From IMG/VR virus record IMGVR_UViG_3300038314_001003, positions 1-34,806 of that record: a DNA stretch of 34,806 bases. One strand, given 5' to 3'. This document shows positions 16,312 to 24,634 of the stretch, piece after piece. The first letter of the stretch is position 1. Each line of letters opens with the position of its first letter. The notes beneath the pieces are model-generated. The model searched no databases and was not told where the DNA came from. It saw only the letters and a program-made list of their open reading frames with translations. The DNA comes from a virus. Taxonomy: Duplodnaviria; Caudoviricetes. Made by a program: the position numbers and the translations under genes.

Positions 16312-17003
16312 GCGAAGTCAAAGTTGACACAATTTCTGAACGCACTGCTGATGGTGGAGTAACCATTGATGGTGTTCTAGTCAAGGATGGTGTAGCAACC
16401 TTCCAGACTGCTGCTGGTTCTCCTCTAGTATTTGAGGGTGCTACGGCAGATGCTTATGAGACTACGTTTGCCATCACTGATCCGACTGCGGACAGGACTA
16501 TTACATTTCCTGATTCCAGTTTTACAGTGCCGACGAGTGGTGGATTAACTCAGGCAAGCACATGGAGATTAAATAGCAGTTTCACAGGAACTGGTGATCT
16601 CACCACTAATCTTGAAGCGGTAGATGCCCCTGTTGGGTTCGGAAGTAAAGGGAGCGCTATGGGAGAGACATCTGGGATATTTGATTTCCCAGTAACCGGA
16701 ATCTGGTTGGTAAAAGGGCATTTTTATTATTGGCAAAATGGCAATGGTAGTAGTTATTATGGCACGGGCCATTTGTACACAACCACTAATAATTCTTCTT
16801 ACGCAGAAGCGGCTCAGTGCCGAACCAGTGATTATTACAGCGCTTATGGTTCCATGACGGTCGAATATATTTTTGATGTAACAGACATAGCAAATTGCAA
16901 ATGCAAGTTTAGTGTTACACAGGGTAATTCATCGGCCCAAACTATAGGCCATACTGACATAAATAAAACATACTTTACTTTTTTAAGATTAGCGGATACT
17001 TAA
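16308..17003 (+). CDS. Adhesin / fibre-tip-like protein 3 (paralog of protein 1)
   Basis: MSEVKVDT N-terminus; GGLT.AS.WRL, DAPVGFG, EYIFDVTD and F..LADT shared with 14403..15047. Confidence 0.65.
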   Translation: MSEVKVDTISERTADGGVTIDGVLVKDGVATFQTAAGSPLVFEGATADAYETTFAITDPTADRTITFPDSSFTVPTSGGLTQASTWRLNSSFTGTGDLTTNLEAVDAPVGFGSKGSAMGETSGIFDFPVTGIWLVKGHFYYWQNGNGSSYYGTGHLYTTTNNSSYAEAAQCRTSDYYSAYGSMTVEYIFDVTDIANCKCKFSVTQGNSSAQTIGHTDINKTYFTFLRLADT

Positions 17004-17004
17004 T

Positions 17005-17328
17005 ATGAAACCAGAAAACATTGAAGATATACTAGTTCCTCTGCATTCTGGTCAATGGTTTGGCTGGTCAGATCCAAAGAATAAGGTTTATGCGAATCTC
17101 GTTATACATGGAGATAAAGAAAAGCCTACTGAAGATTGGCTTGATGCAGAATTAACTCGACAGCAAGACGCATACGACAACGACTACGCTCGTAAACGTA
17201 AAGAAGAATACCCGTCAATAGATGAACTGGTAGTAGCCCTATGGGAAGGTGTGGTAGAAGAAAGAATGGCTGCGGTTACTTCACTAGAAGGTAAGCGTCA
17301 GGCAGTTAAAGCTAAATATCCTAAGTGA
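17005..17328 (+). CDS. Fibre-associated chaperone-like protein 3
   Basis: N-terminal half paralogous to 15047..15322; C-terminal YARKRKEEYPSI...VKAKYPK. Confidence 0.6.
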   Translation: MKPENIEDILVPLHSGQWFGWSDPKNKVYANLVIHGDKEKPTEDWLDAELTRQQDAYDNDYARKRKEEYPSIDELVVALWEGVVEERMAAVTSLEGKRQAVKAKYPK

Positions 17329-17732
17329 GTTTTATGATGAGTATGAAAGCGTTATTAGGAGCACTTTTGTTAGCATTTTCTTTGTCTGCACAGGCAGAGA
17401 AACCAAAGATATATCAGACTGTTGTATCGGTTAACGTTCTATGTAGTAAAGGCGGTCCTGAGTTGCTTATGAAGGAACTACTTGATGGCTATAACGAGAA
17501 ACCTGTCCATGCTATGGATATCAGTGCGATTTCTGGATTAAATATACAAATGTACATTACAGAGAATAAAAACAATCCAACAAGTACCGTTCTACTGCAC
17601 AATCAGAGCATAGATAAAACCTGTATTTTCTGGTCCGCTAGAGATTATTTGCGAACCTTGGAAGTAGAGAGTTTACCTGCTAAAATGCCTGAGGTTGAAA
17701 CAAATAATAAATCACAAAAAATAGCAAACTAA
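17325..17732 (+). CDS. Exported protein with signal peptide and two Cys
   Basis: MKALLGALLLAFSLSAQA signal peptide with AxA site; exact start uncertain. Confidence 0.7.
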   Translation: MSFMMSMKALLGALLLAFSLSAQAEKPKIYQTVVSVNVLCSKGGPELLMKELLDGYNEKPVHAMDISAISGLNIQMYITENKNNPTSTVLLHNQSIDKTCIFWSARDYLRTLEVESLPAKMPEVETNNKSQKIAN

Positions 17733-18019
17733 TGGCTGAACACACTGGATTAGATCGACGGGGGAATGGCGGATGGCACATGTCGAAGAGTCTCAGTGTT
17801 TCTCACCTACTAGGAACGGTTGCTATTGCGGTTGGGTTCTTTACTTACGTTACTGGAATTGAACAAGATACCATTCGTAACCAACTTGAGCTAAAAAGTC
17901 TGGTTGAACGTATAGATAGGTCAGATGCTAGAAACTCTGAACAATTTGGGGAGATAAAGGATATGCTGAAATCTCTCACGGTGAAGATAGACAATCTAGG
18001 CCATAGACGTGAACGATAA
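17732..18019 (+). CDS. Single-TM coiled-coil protein (holin- or spanin-like)
   Basis: One N-terminal hydrophobic helix followed by a heptad-rich tail. Confidence 0.55.
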   Translation: MAEHTGLDRRGNGGWHMSKSLSVSHLLGTVAIAVGFFTYVTGIEQDTIRNQLELKSLVERIDRSDARNSEQFGEIKDMLKSLTVKIDNLGHRRER

Positions 18020-18482
18020 ACATTCACACTTGAGGAAACTTAATGAATATATTAAAAACTTGGATAAAAGAAAACCCTGTAATAGCAGTAGTGGCAGTTC
18101 TAATCGCCGCTACTATTATCTACTCCCTACTCTTTGGATCGGCGGATGTACAAGTCTAAAGAAAGCAAGCTTAGTGGGAGCGGGAGCTCTAGTTCCGGGT
18201 GCGATTGCATCGATTGCGACTTCGGGGACTGCTCCTGTGCTTCTGGCCTCTACGGTCGGTGCCTCTGTGACGAGTGTGGTTGCGGATCAGATAATATCCC
18301 AACCTATGAGTTCGCAGAGGGGGCAGGACATGACTAGTTGTGCCCCAGATAACTTCTGGACACTTTTAGGTGATCTCGTTGGTATGGGGGGTTGGTTGTT
18401 AATATTGGTGATAATCGTGCCAATGGTGCTCGGTTGGCTATTACCAGGTCCGCTTGAGAGAGCGAAGAAAAAACGAAAATGA
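18009..18482 (+). CDS. Lipoprotein-like protein with C-terminal TM (u-spanin-like topology); start uncertain
   Basis: RRYYYLLPTLWIGG-C lipobox-like sequence; C-terminal WLLILVIIVPMVLGWLL followed by KKKRK. Confidence 0.55.
   Translation: MNDKHSHLRKLNEYIKNLDKRKPCNSSSGSSNRRYYYLLPTLWIGGCTSLKKASLVGAGALVPGAIASIATSGTAPVLLASTVGASVTSVVADQIISQPMSSQRGQDMTSCAPDNFWTLLGDLVGMGGWLLILVIIVPMVLGWLLPGPLERAKKKRK
18043..18159 (+). CDS. 38-aa single-TM peptide nested out of frame in 18009..18482
   Basis: GAGGA RBS and ATG; MNILKTWIKENPVIAVVAVLIAATIIYSLLFGSADVQV. Confidence 0.65.
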   Translation: MNILKTWIKENPVIAVVAVLIAATIIYSLLFGSADVQV

Positions 18483-18621
18483 ATATAGATGCTAACTTAA
18501 GAAACTCACAGGGGATCAAGAGAAGGTAGCAGAATCTGTGAAGAATCTAGATGTTATGCTGTATAGATTACAGTCAATAGAAGCGATGTTAGATAAGATT
18601 TTAGCAACAAAGGTAAGGTGA
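18479..18621 (+). pseudogene. Frameshifted or internally deleted gene remnant
   Basis: Coupled ATG (MNIDA..) stops after 16 codons; another frame reads LKKLTGDQEKVAESVKNLDVMLYRLQSIEAMLDKILATKVR to a TGA just before the next gene. Confidence 0.5.
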
Positions 18622-18625
18622 CATT

Positions 18626-19297
18626 ATGTTTGGAGTAAATGGTAATACTTTAGGCGATATTGAAGCTGATATTGCAGCACAAGAAGCTTATGGTGGTGGT
18701 TGGGCAGATGAAGGTGATCCTGGTATGGGTGGACCAGTTGGACCCTCTAGTGAGGGTAGTGCAGATGCGTGGGATGAATCTAATCCTACTAATTCAGCAG
18801 GTGGTAGACCAGCTGCTAACTTCAACACAGCGACGTTAGTTGGTAATATGAGAAATGCAGCGAATCGTGTAGGTAGTTTCCTCTCAAATCTTAGCCCTAC
18901 TATGTCTATAGCTAAAGGTATCATGTCCATGGTTCCAGAAGATATGCGGGCACCAACTTATGGTGTTATGAGTCTTCCTGGATATCAAGGTCTTGCAGAG
19001 AATCTTGGATATGATCCAAACTTAGCACAGGCATATGGAGCTACAACTGGTGTTCCTTATGGCCTTGATGAGGCTATGCAGAACGTTCCTGTTGTTGGTA
19101 GTGGCGCACACTTAGGTTTAGCGACTAGCATAGAAAGCATAGGCGGTAAGAATGTTCACATGGGTCCTGGATTCATGATGGATGAGAATAATTATCCCGG
19201 TTACGGTGTTAACCCTGTAACTGGAGTTGCTATGGCGGATCCTGGTGATCCTTACATTAGACGAAGACGCGGCACTGAAATTGCCGCAATGATTTAG
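18626..19297 (+). CDS. Gly-rich, acidic, probably disordered protein
   Basis: AAGGTG RBS; low-complexity composition. Confidence 0.75.
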   Translation: MFGVNGNTLGDIEADIAAQEAYGGGWADEGDPGMGGPVGPSSEGSADAWDESNPTNSAGGRPAANFNTATLVGNMRNAANRVGSFLSNLSPTMSIAKGIMSMVPEDMRAPTYGVMSLPGYQGLAENLGYDPNLAQAYGATTGVPYGLDEAMQNVPVVGSGAHLGLATSIESIGGKNVHMGPGFMMDENNYPGYGVNPVTGVAMADPGDPYIRRRRGTEIAAMI

Positions 19298-19306
19298 GAG
19301 GTTATT

Positions 19307-19771
19307 ATGTCAAACGGTATGGGTTTTGGAGCTGATGACGCACAAGACGGTAGTTATGGTGGAGATTTTGGTGGAAGCGAAGGTGGTGCAGGAGATATCA
19401 CTAAAGCAATAAGAGACGCTTTTAGGTCATATTGGGGTGGTCCACAAGCTCCTCAAAATCAAGCTCCTCAAAATTTTAATCGCGAGGCTATATATGGATT
19501 TAGTCCCAACCCGTTAGATCCTATGAGCGCTGGTCTTGGTAGGCCTGGTATTGCTCCTCCTAACTGGGGTAGTTTTGATACTCAACAAGCATATGGAAAT
19601 TTTAAGGGTTTGAATCCTAATTGGGGTAATTGGGATAATCAACAAGCCAATGTTGGCGCACTCAAAGGTTTTGGTCCATGGAGTAATGTTACATCGCCAT
19701 TTGAGCCAATGAGTGGTGGTAATATTAGTAGGGGTTATAGAGAACCTGATTATAATGAAGGAGGATGGTAA
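19307..19771 (+). CDS. Gly/Asn/Pro-rich protein with internal repeats
   Basis: AGGAGG RBS; QAPQN twice (15-bp tandem at 19445-19474); PNWG..D.QQA...KG twice. Confidence 0.75.
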   Translation: MSNGMGFGADDAQDGSYGGDFGGSEGGAGDITKAIRDAFRSYWGGPQAPQNQAPQNFNREAIYGFSPNPLDPMSAGLGRPGIAPPNWGSFDTQQAYGNFKGLNPNWGNWDNQQANVGALKGFGPWSNVTSPFEPMSGGNISRGYREPDYNEGGW

Positions 19772-20382
19772 TGTCTTGGTCAGATGCGGATGCTTTGGGA
19801 GTCGGTGAATCTTCACAAGGAATGGATGCAGATGCTGTAGGCAGCGGGTTAGGTGCAGATGCGTTAGGTAATATTTTTGGTCCAAATGTTGATAGTATGA
19901 GAGCTCTAGCTCTAGAACGAGCTCGATTGGGGCTTCCAGCTTTAAGTCCGGCATCTGTTTTTCACGACTCTGACGCTATAGCATATTTGAATGCGCTTCA
20001 ACGCGAGATAAGTCAAATAAATCAAAACAGGCGCGATAATAAGACACCAGATGCAGCGGTAGCGCATAATAAAAATCTTATAGGACAGCGAATGAGTAAT
20101 CAAGGTCTTAGACGCGGTAGTAGACCTAATACAGGTTGGGTGCAAAGTACTCAATCGATTGATCCATTTAATCCAGGTGTGGTTGATTTAAGAGATCCCT
20201 CAGACGTTTTAGATTTGGGTGGTGGAATGGCGGGGTCGGGTGCAATGAGTGGTAGCTTTACTGGTGTAACACCAGGTAACTCAGGTGGTGGCTTAATGTC
20301 TGAAGGCGGCGGTGAATATTATATACGAAAACCACGATTAGCTTATAGAAACGCTTACGACCAGTGGGCATCTGACTTGTAA
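19771..20382 (+). CDS. Gly-rich, probably disordered protein
   Basis: GGAGG spacing and TAATG overlap favour start 19771; DADA.G repeats. Confidence 0.75.
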   Translation: MSWSDADALGVGESSQGMDADAVGSGLGADALGNIFGPNVDSMRALALERARLGLPALSPASVFHDSDAIAYLNALQREISQINQNRRDNKTPDAAVAHNKNLIGQRMSNQGLRRGSRPNTGWVQSTQSIDPFNPGVVDLRDPSDVLDLGGGMAGSGAMSGSFTGVTPGNSGGGLMSEGGGEYYIRKPRLAYRNAYDQWASDL

Positions 20383-20383
20383 A

Positions 20384-21850
20384 ATGGAAGTTATTACATT
20401 CGATAGATTTGAAGGCGGTATAGACCTTCGGAAGGCTGACCAAGTCTCCGATGCTAACCGCCTTGTTGAGTGTAAAAACGCTTATATTACTACTGGTTTT
20501 GCTGTAAAAAAGAGACCTGGTTTAGATAAACTAACAGCTACTTCTGTACCTTCTACTTGTAAAGGTTTCTTTGTATTTGCAGGTGTTGGACACTTAGTAA
20601 GTCATATTGGTCCATCGAGTGTTCCATCACTTAGTGGGTATGGCATTAATGCTGCTACCACAGGTAAAGTAACTCCAGTTATGACATGGCATCAATTAGC
20701 CAACCCAGATAATGCTTCTGATCCTGTTGCTATAGTATGGGATGCTCAAGTTTTTAATAATCAGTTATATATTGTTGTAGAATATGATAGTGGAACAATT
20801 AGACATTGGTATAATGATGTTGTAATTACTGATTCTAATTGTCCTAATACAAATTCTATCACAATAGTATCTGAGAAAGTATGGGCTATAAAAGATGATG
20901 GAACCATACATTATTCTGCTTCTGGTGATCCAACTGATTGGACTAAAACTAGTGATGCGGGTGGTAGCGCAGGTTTACCCACAGGTAGAGAGTCTGTAGG
21001 TGACTCTGAACCATTAGCATTAGGTAGTTATAAAAACCGCTTGGTTGTATTTAATTCAGATAATACACAGATATGGCGTACAGATGTAGATCCTGCTAAT
21101 ATCTCTATTGAAACAACTCTAGGTAGTGTAGGATCTCAGTGGCCGACTTGTGTACAGGTAGTTGGCGATGATTTATTCTTCTTAACGGATGCTGGTTTCA
21201 GATCTATAGGGCAACAGATATACACAGGTAACTTACAAGACACTGATGTAGGAAGCCCAATAGATGAATTAGTTCATGCTAAACTAGTAGCTTCTACGCG
21301 AGTAGGAACCACAGCAACACTTGAACCTGGTTCGGCATTTTATAATGGCTTAGGTCAGTATATGTGTTTTATAGACAAAGAGATCTTTGTTTTTACTTTC
21401 GCTAGAATGTCTAAAGTAACAGCTTGGTCTCGTTATTTAACGCCTTATACTATTCAAGCAATAACACCTTATGGCGAGTATATGTTCATAAGAATGAATG
21501 ATAATATATATGTGTTTAATCCAGATTCTTTTCAAGATGCCGGTGCTACAGCTATACCATTAGAAGTCACCAGTTCATATCAGGCTTTTAAGAAACCTGG
21601 TAGATGGAAGCAGATTGTTGGTTCTGATGTTATGTTTGATGGTACTGCTGAGGTACAGCATAGATGGGATGCTCGTTCTCCCAGTGAAGAAACAACAGCT
21701 ATATCATTATCTAGTGATACGCGACCTGGTCCATTAGTTCCAGTTGAATTAATGACAACAGAGTGTAGTTTCAAGGTCACACAGTCAGCTAATACAGAGT
21801 TTCAGTTTAATGGAATCTCGTATTACTACGAACTATTAGGAGAGTTGTAA
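20384..21850 (+). CDS. Tail stabilisation / tail tubular protein B-like (P22 gp10-like beta-propeller)
   Basis: F.GGID.RK, N....G...KRPG, YS..GDPTDW, DLFFLTDAGFRS and DVGSPID motifs. Confidence 0.8.
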   Translation: MEVITFDRFEGGIDLRKADQVSDANRLVECKNAYITTGFAVKKRPGLDKLTATSVPSTCKGFFVFAGVGHLVSHIGPSSVPSLSGYGINAATTGKVTPVMTWHQLANPDNASDPVAIVWDAQVFNNQLYIVVEYDSGTIRHWYNDVVITDSNCPNTNSITIVSEKVWAIKDDGTIHYSASGDPTDWTKTSDAGGSAGLPTGRESVGDSEPLALGSYKNRLVVFNSDNTQIWRTDVDPANISIETTLGSVGSQWPTCVQVVGDDLFFLTDAGFRSIGQQIYTGNLQDTDVGSPIDELVHAKLVASTRVGTTATLEPGSAFYNGLGQYMCFIDKEIFVFTFARMSKVTAWSRYLTPYTIQAITPYGEYMFIRMNDNIYVFNPDSFQDAGATAIPLEVTSSYQAFKKPGRWKQIVGSDVMFDGTAEVQHRWDARSPSEETTAISLSSDTRPGPLVPVELMTTECSFKVTQSANTEFQFNGISYYYELLGEL

Positions 21851-22866
21851 TGGCTCACAATGTAAACCTACCTGGTGGACAACATCAATTAGCATATATA
21901 ACTGCGTTGGAAAAAGCATTTCTTAGGAATCAGGGACCTTACGCTAACGAGTTGCAAAGCGCGCTGCCAAAATATAATGGTGTTGATGTTATGAGAAACC
22001 CAGGCGAGGCTGGTGGACCTGCAGAGGGGGGATCAGAAGCCGGCGGTGCGGATACAGGAGTACTAGGGGTAGCAACAGCAGGGACTGGTAGAGGACCTAG
22101 TGGTTATGGTTCACATAGTATGCGTGACGATCCTCGTGATATACGCTCTGCTAGAGGTATGGCATGGGCTGGTCAACCAATAGGAAACCCAGGAGATGAT
22201 CCACGAGCTTCAGAGGGAGGTGGAGAACCTCAACCAGCAGCTACTGGCGGTGGTGGAGGCGCGGGCGGTGGAAATGGTGGTGGAAATGGTGGTGGAAATG
22301 GTAGTGGTAATGGTGGTGAAGATCCTGGACCAACCGAAGCTGAATTACTAGCTGCCAGAATCGCAGATGCAATGGGTGCTATCAGTGGTTTATTTGCTGG
22401 TAGACAAGGTGTATATGATCGATTAAGAGATTCTTCATATGCTCTCAGCGAATCTGGTATTGCCGACGCGTATGAAAAGGCGGCGCGAAGATTACGCTTT
22501 CAGATGTTACGTCAAGGTTTGGACACTGGACAACCTGATATAGACTTAAGAGCAGATCTTTCTAAAGTTAAGAATGACAGTTTAGCTGATGCCATGCGTC
22601 ATGCACAGGGTTTGTCAGAATCCTTAAGACAGAGAGATGCCGCAAAAAGGTCAAGTTTAATGAGTCAAGCTTTATCAGGTAATTTAATGCCTGGTCAGGT
22701 GAGTGGTATGGCAGGTACATTGAGCGCTGGCGTTCCTCAATCATGGGGTGGTATAGCTGACATAGGTTGGAATATACCAACCGGTTATGCCCCAAGCGGA
22801 TATGGAGGTTTTATGCCAGATTGGCGATCACAAGACACTGGCGCATACTTTGGGAGCTTATCATGA
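21850..22866 (+). CDS. Probable internal virion / ejection protein with Gly-rich linker
   Basis: HQLAYIT N-terminus, (GGGN)n tract, helical C-terminal half; position after the tail gene. Confidence 0.6.
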   Translation: MAHNVNLPGGQHQLAYITALEKAFLRNQGPYANELQSALPKYNGVDVMRNPGEAGGPAEGGSEAGGADTGVLGVATAGTGRGPSGYGSHSMRDDPRDIRSARGMAWAGQPIGNPGDDPRASEGGGEPQPAATGGGGGAGGGNGGGNGGGNGSGNGGEDPGPTEAELLAARIADAMGAISGLFAGRQGVYDRLRDSSYALSESGIADAYEKAARRLRFQMLRQGLDTGQPDIDLRADLSKVKNDSLADAMRHAQGLSESLRQRDAAKRSSLMSQALSGNLMPGQVSGMAGTLSAGVPQSWGGIADIGWNIPTGYAPSGYGGFMPDWRSQDTGAYFGSLS

Positions 22867-23537
22867 ATCCGTGGTGGTTAGTAGCAACATCTATCTTCGA
22901 TGCTTTTCAAAAGAATAGTGCAGAAAAGAAACGTCGCAAAAGGGAGTTAGAACAAATACGTATTCAGGATGAGATAGCTAGGATTGGAGTAGAAGATACA
23001 GCTCGCTATATGGGCGATGTTAATCTCAGAGATTACATTATGAAGGGTGAGAGTGATCCAGCATTATGGAGCACTATAGCTCAATATGTGAATCCTATAG
23101 ATCATGAAGCACAAGCTCAAATTAATGCAGATCTTTATGATACTACAACAGATGTTGCAGATATAGAAGCTGTACCTACTGGTTTTGTTGCTGAAGGTTA
23201 TGCACCAGCGGCAGCTGCTGCAGCATCTCGTGTAGGTTCCCAAGTAGCAGCTAGAAATCAGTTGTTAGGTAGAAATCAAGCTTATGCTTTTCAAGATCCT
23301 GTATTCGCAGCTATGGCTGGTAGCAGATTAAAGAATGTTTATGACGTGCGAAACACAGGTGAGAACATTGCGCAGATGATGGCTGCAGAAGAATTTGAAC
23401 CTACCAATGTAGATGAATTAAACGAGCAATTAGTAGCACTTGGAGCACCTATAACTGCACCACTAAATGCTACAGGTATGTTAACTGGTATAGCTAATAT
23501 ACAAGCTCAAAACGCAATGATAAAGGCACTAGGCTGA
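22863..23537 (+). CDS. Probable internal virion / ejection protein
   Basis: GGGAG RBS and ATGA overlap give start MNPWWLV; Ala-rich, helical. Confidence 0.6.
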   Translation: MNPWWLVATSIFDAFQKNSAEKKRRKRELEQIRIQDEIARIGVEDTARYMGDVNLRDYIMKGESDPALWSTIAQYVNPIDHEAQAQINADLYDTTTDVADIEAVPTGFVAEGYAPAAAAAASRVGSQVAARNQLLGRNQAYAFQDPVFAAMAGSRLKNVYDVRNTGENIAQMMAAEEFEPTNVDELNEQLVALGAPITAPLNATGMLTGIANIQAQNAMIKALG

Positions 23538-24631
23538 TGGCTATTTTCTCAAGAACACAGATTCCTAAGTATCAGAATCCTATTAGAATCACGCGCCCGT
23601 ATATTAAGCCAAACTACTTGGCTGATACAATAACAAGTGCTATACAAGGGTATGGTTCTATACAGAACATGAATCTGCAACAGCAGTTATTTAATGCAAA
23701 GGTAGCTCAGCAACAGAAACAGCAACAGAGGTATGACGCAACTCAAGCTGGATTACAACATCTTGGTGGTAACTTTGGCGTTCCAATACCCAATCCGCCA
23801 TCCCCACCAAATGCATTAGATGATTATTTACCAACTGTTAATCCATATGGTACAACTACTCCAACATCTCTAGATTCTGTAAGAGCAGCAATGCAGGCGA
23901 ATCCTGGAGCTGATATGTCTACTTTACTGAATGTGGCTAAAGCTATGACAACACTGCAAGCTGGTCCACAGTTGTCTTGGAGTCAGCAGATGCAATTACA
24001 AAATACAATAAGACGTAATGCTCGAGACCAAGTTACTGATGCTAGACGAGACAAAAGTGATGCTGCAAAAATTATAGCTGATTTCGCCGCGCGAACTCGT
24101 GGCAATCTCAAAGCAGGCATCAATGAATTTGGGCAAGGAAATGTTCTTGACTATCAAATAAGTCCAGCTGGACAAACCCCCATAGTGTTCGAAACAGAGG
24201 CTAATAAAATCTTAGCTAGTTTATTGCCAAGAACTCAACCTTATTGGGCAGATGCTGAAGGTAAACCATCAACAGCGGTTGGAGAGCGTGGTCATCCTAC
24301 AGGTATGACATATGTTAGTCCTAGTAAATACGAGCAAGCTGGTGGTCAACAAGGTTGGAAGATGTTTGTTGCGGATCATCTAAGCCCGCTTGTTGAGCAT
24401 CTTCAAAAAACCACTGATTGGACTGATTTACAAATTCAAAATGAGATAGGCAGAGTGATTCAACTTGGTCGTGCTCCACAAGGTCAACCTGGCGGTGCTT
24501 TTAATTACAGAAAGGTTGTAAGCGAAATTATGCAAATAATGGAAGGGAACACTCGACGCGGTAGTATTCCTACGAGCGTAGCAAATGATATTATAAGGCA
24601 ACCTAGATCTACTCAACCTGTAGTATACTAA
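23537..24631 (+). CDS. Probable internal virion / ejection protein
   Basis: Gln-rich helical N-terminus; precedes the giant gene. Confidence 0.6.
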   Translation: MAIFSRTQIPKYQNPIRITRPYIKPNYLADTITSAIQGYGSIQNMNLQQQLFNAKVAQQQKQQQRYDATQAGLQHLGGNFGVPIPNPPSPPNALDDYLPTVNPYGTTTPTSLDSVRAAMQANPGADMSTLLNVAKAMTTLQAGPQLSWSQQMQLQNTIRRNARDQVTDARRDKSDAAKIIADFAARTRGNLKAGINEFGQGNVLDYQISPAGQTPIVFETEANKILASLLPRTQPYWADAEGKPSTAVGERGHPTGMTYVSPSKYEQAGGQQGWKMFVADHLSPLVEHLQKTTDWTDLQIQNEIGRVIQLGRAPQGQPGGAFNYRKVVSEIMQIMEGNTRRGSIPTSVANDIIRQPRSTQPVVY

Positions 24632-24634
24632 ATA

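Noticed and set aside
14403-17328. Diversity-generating retroelement or invertible shufflon
   Set aside because: Paralog differences are not adenine-specific, all units are co-oriented, and no reverse transcriptase or invertase is present in the window.
22767-22862. Longer TTG start for the 22863 gene
   Set aside because: RBS and ATGA coupling support 22863; the extension overlaps the previous gene.
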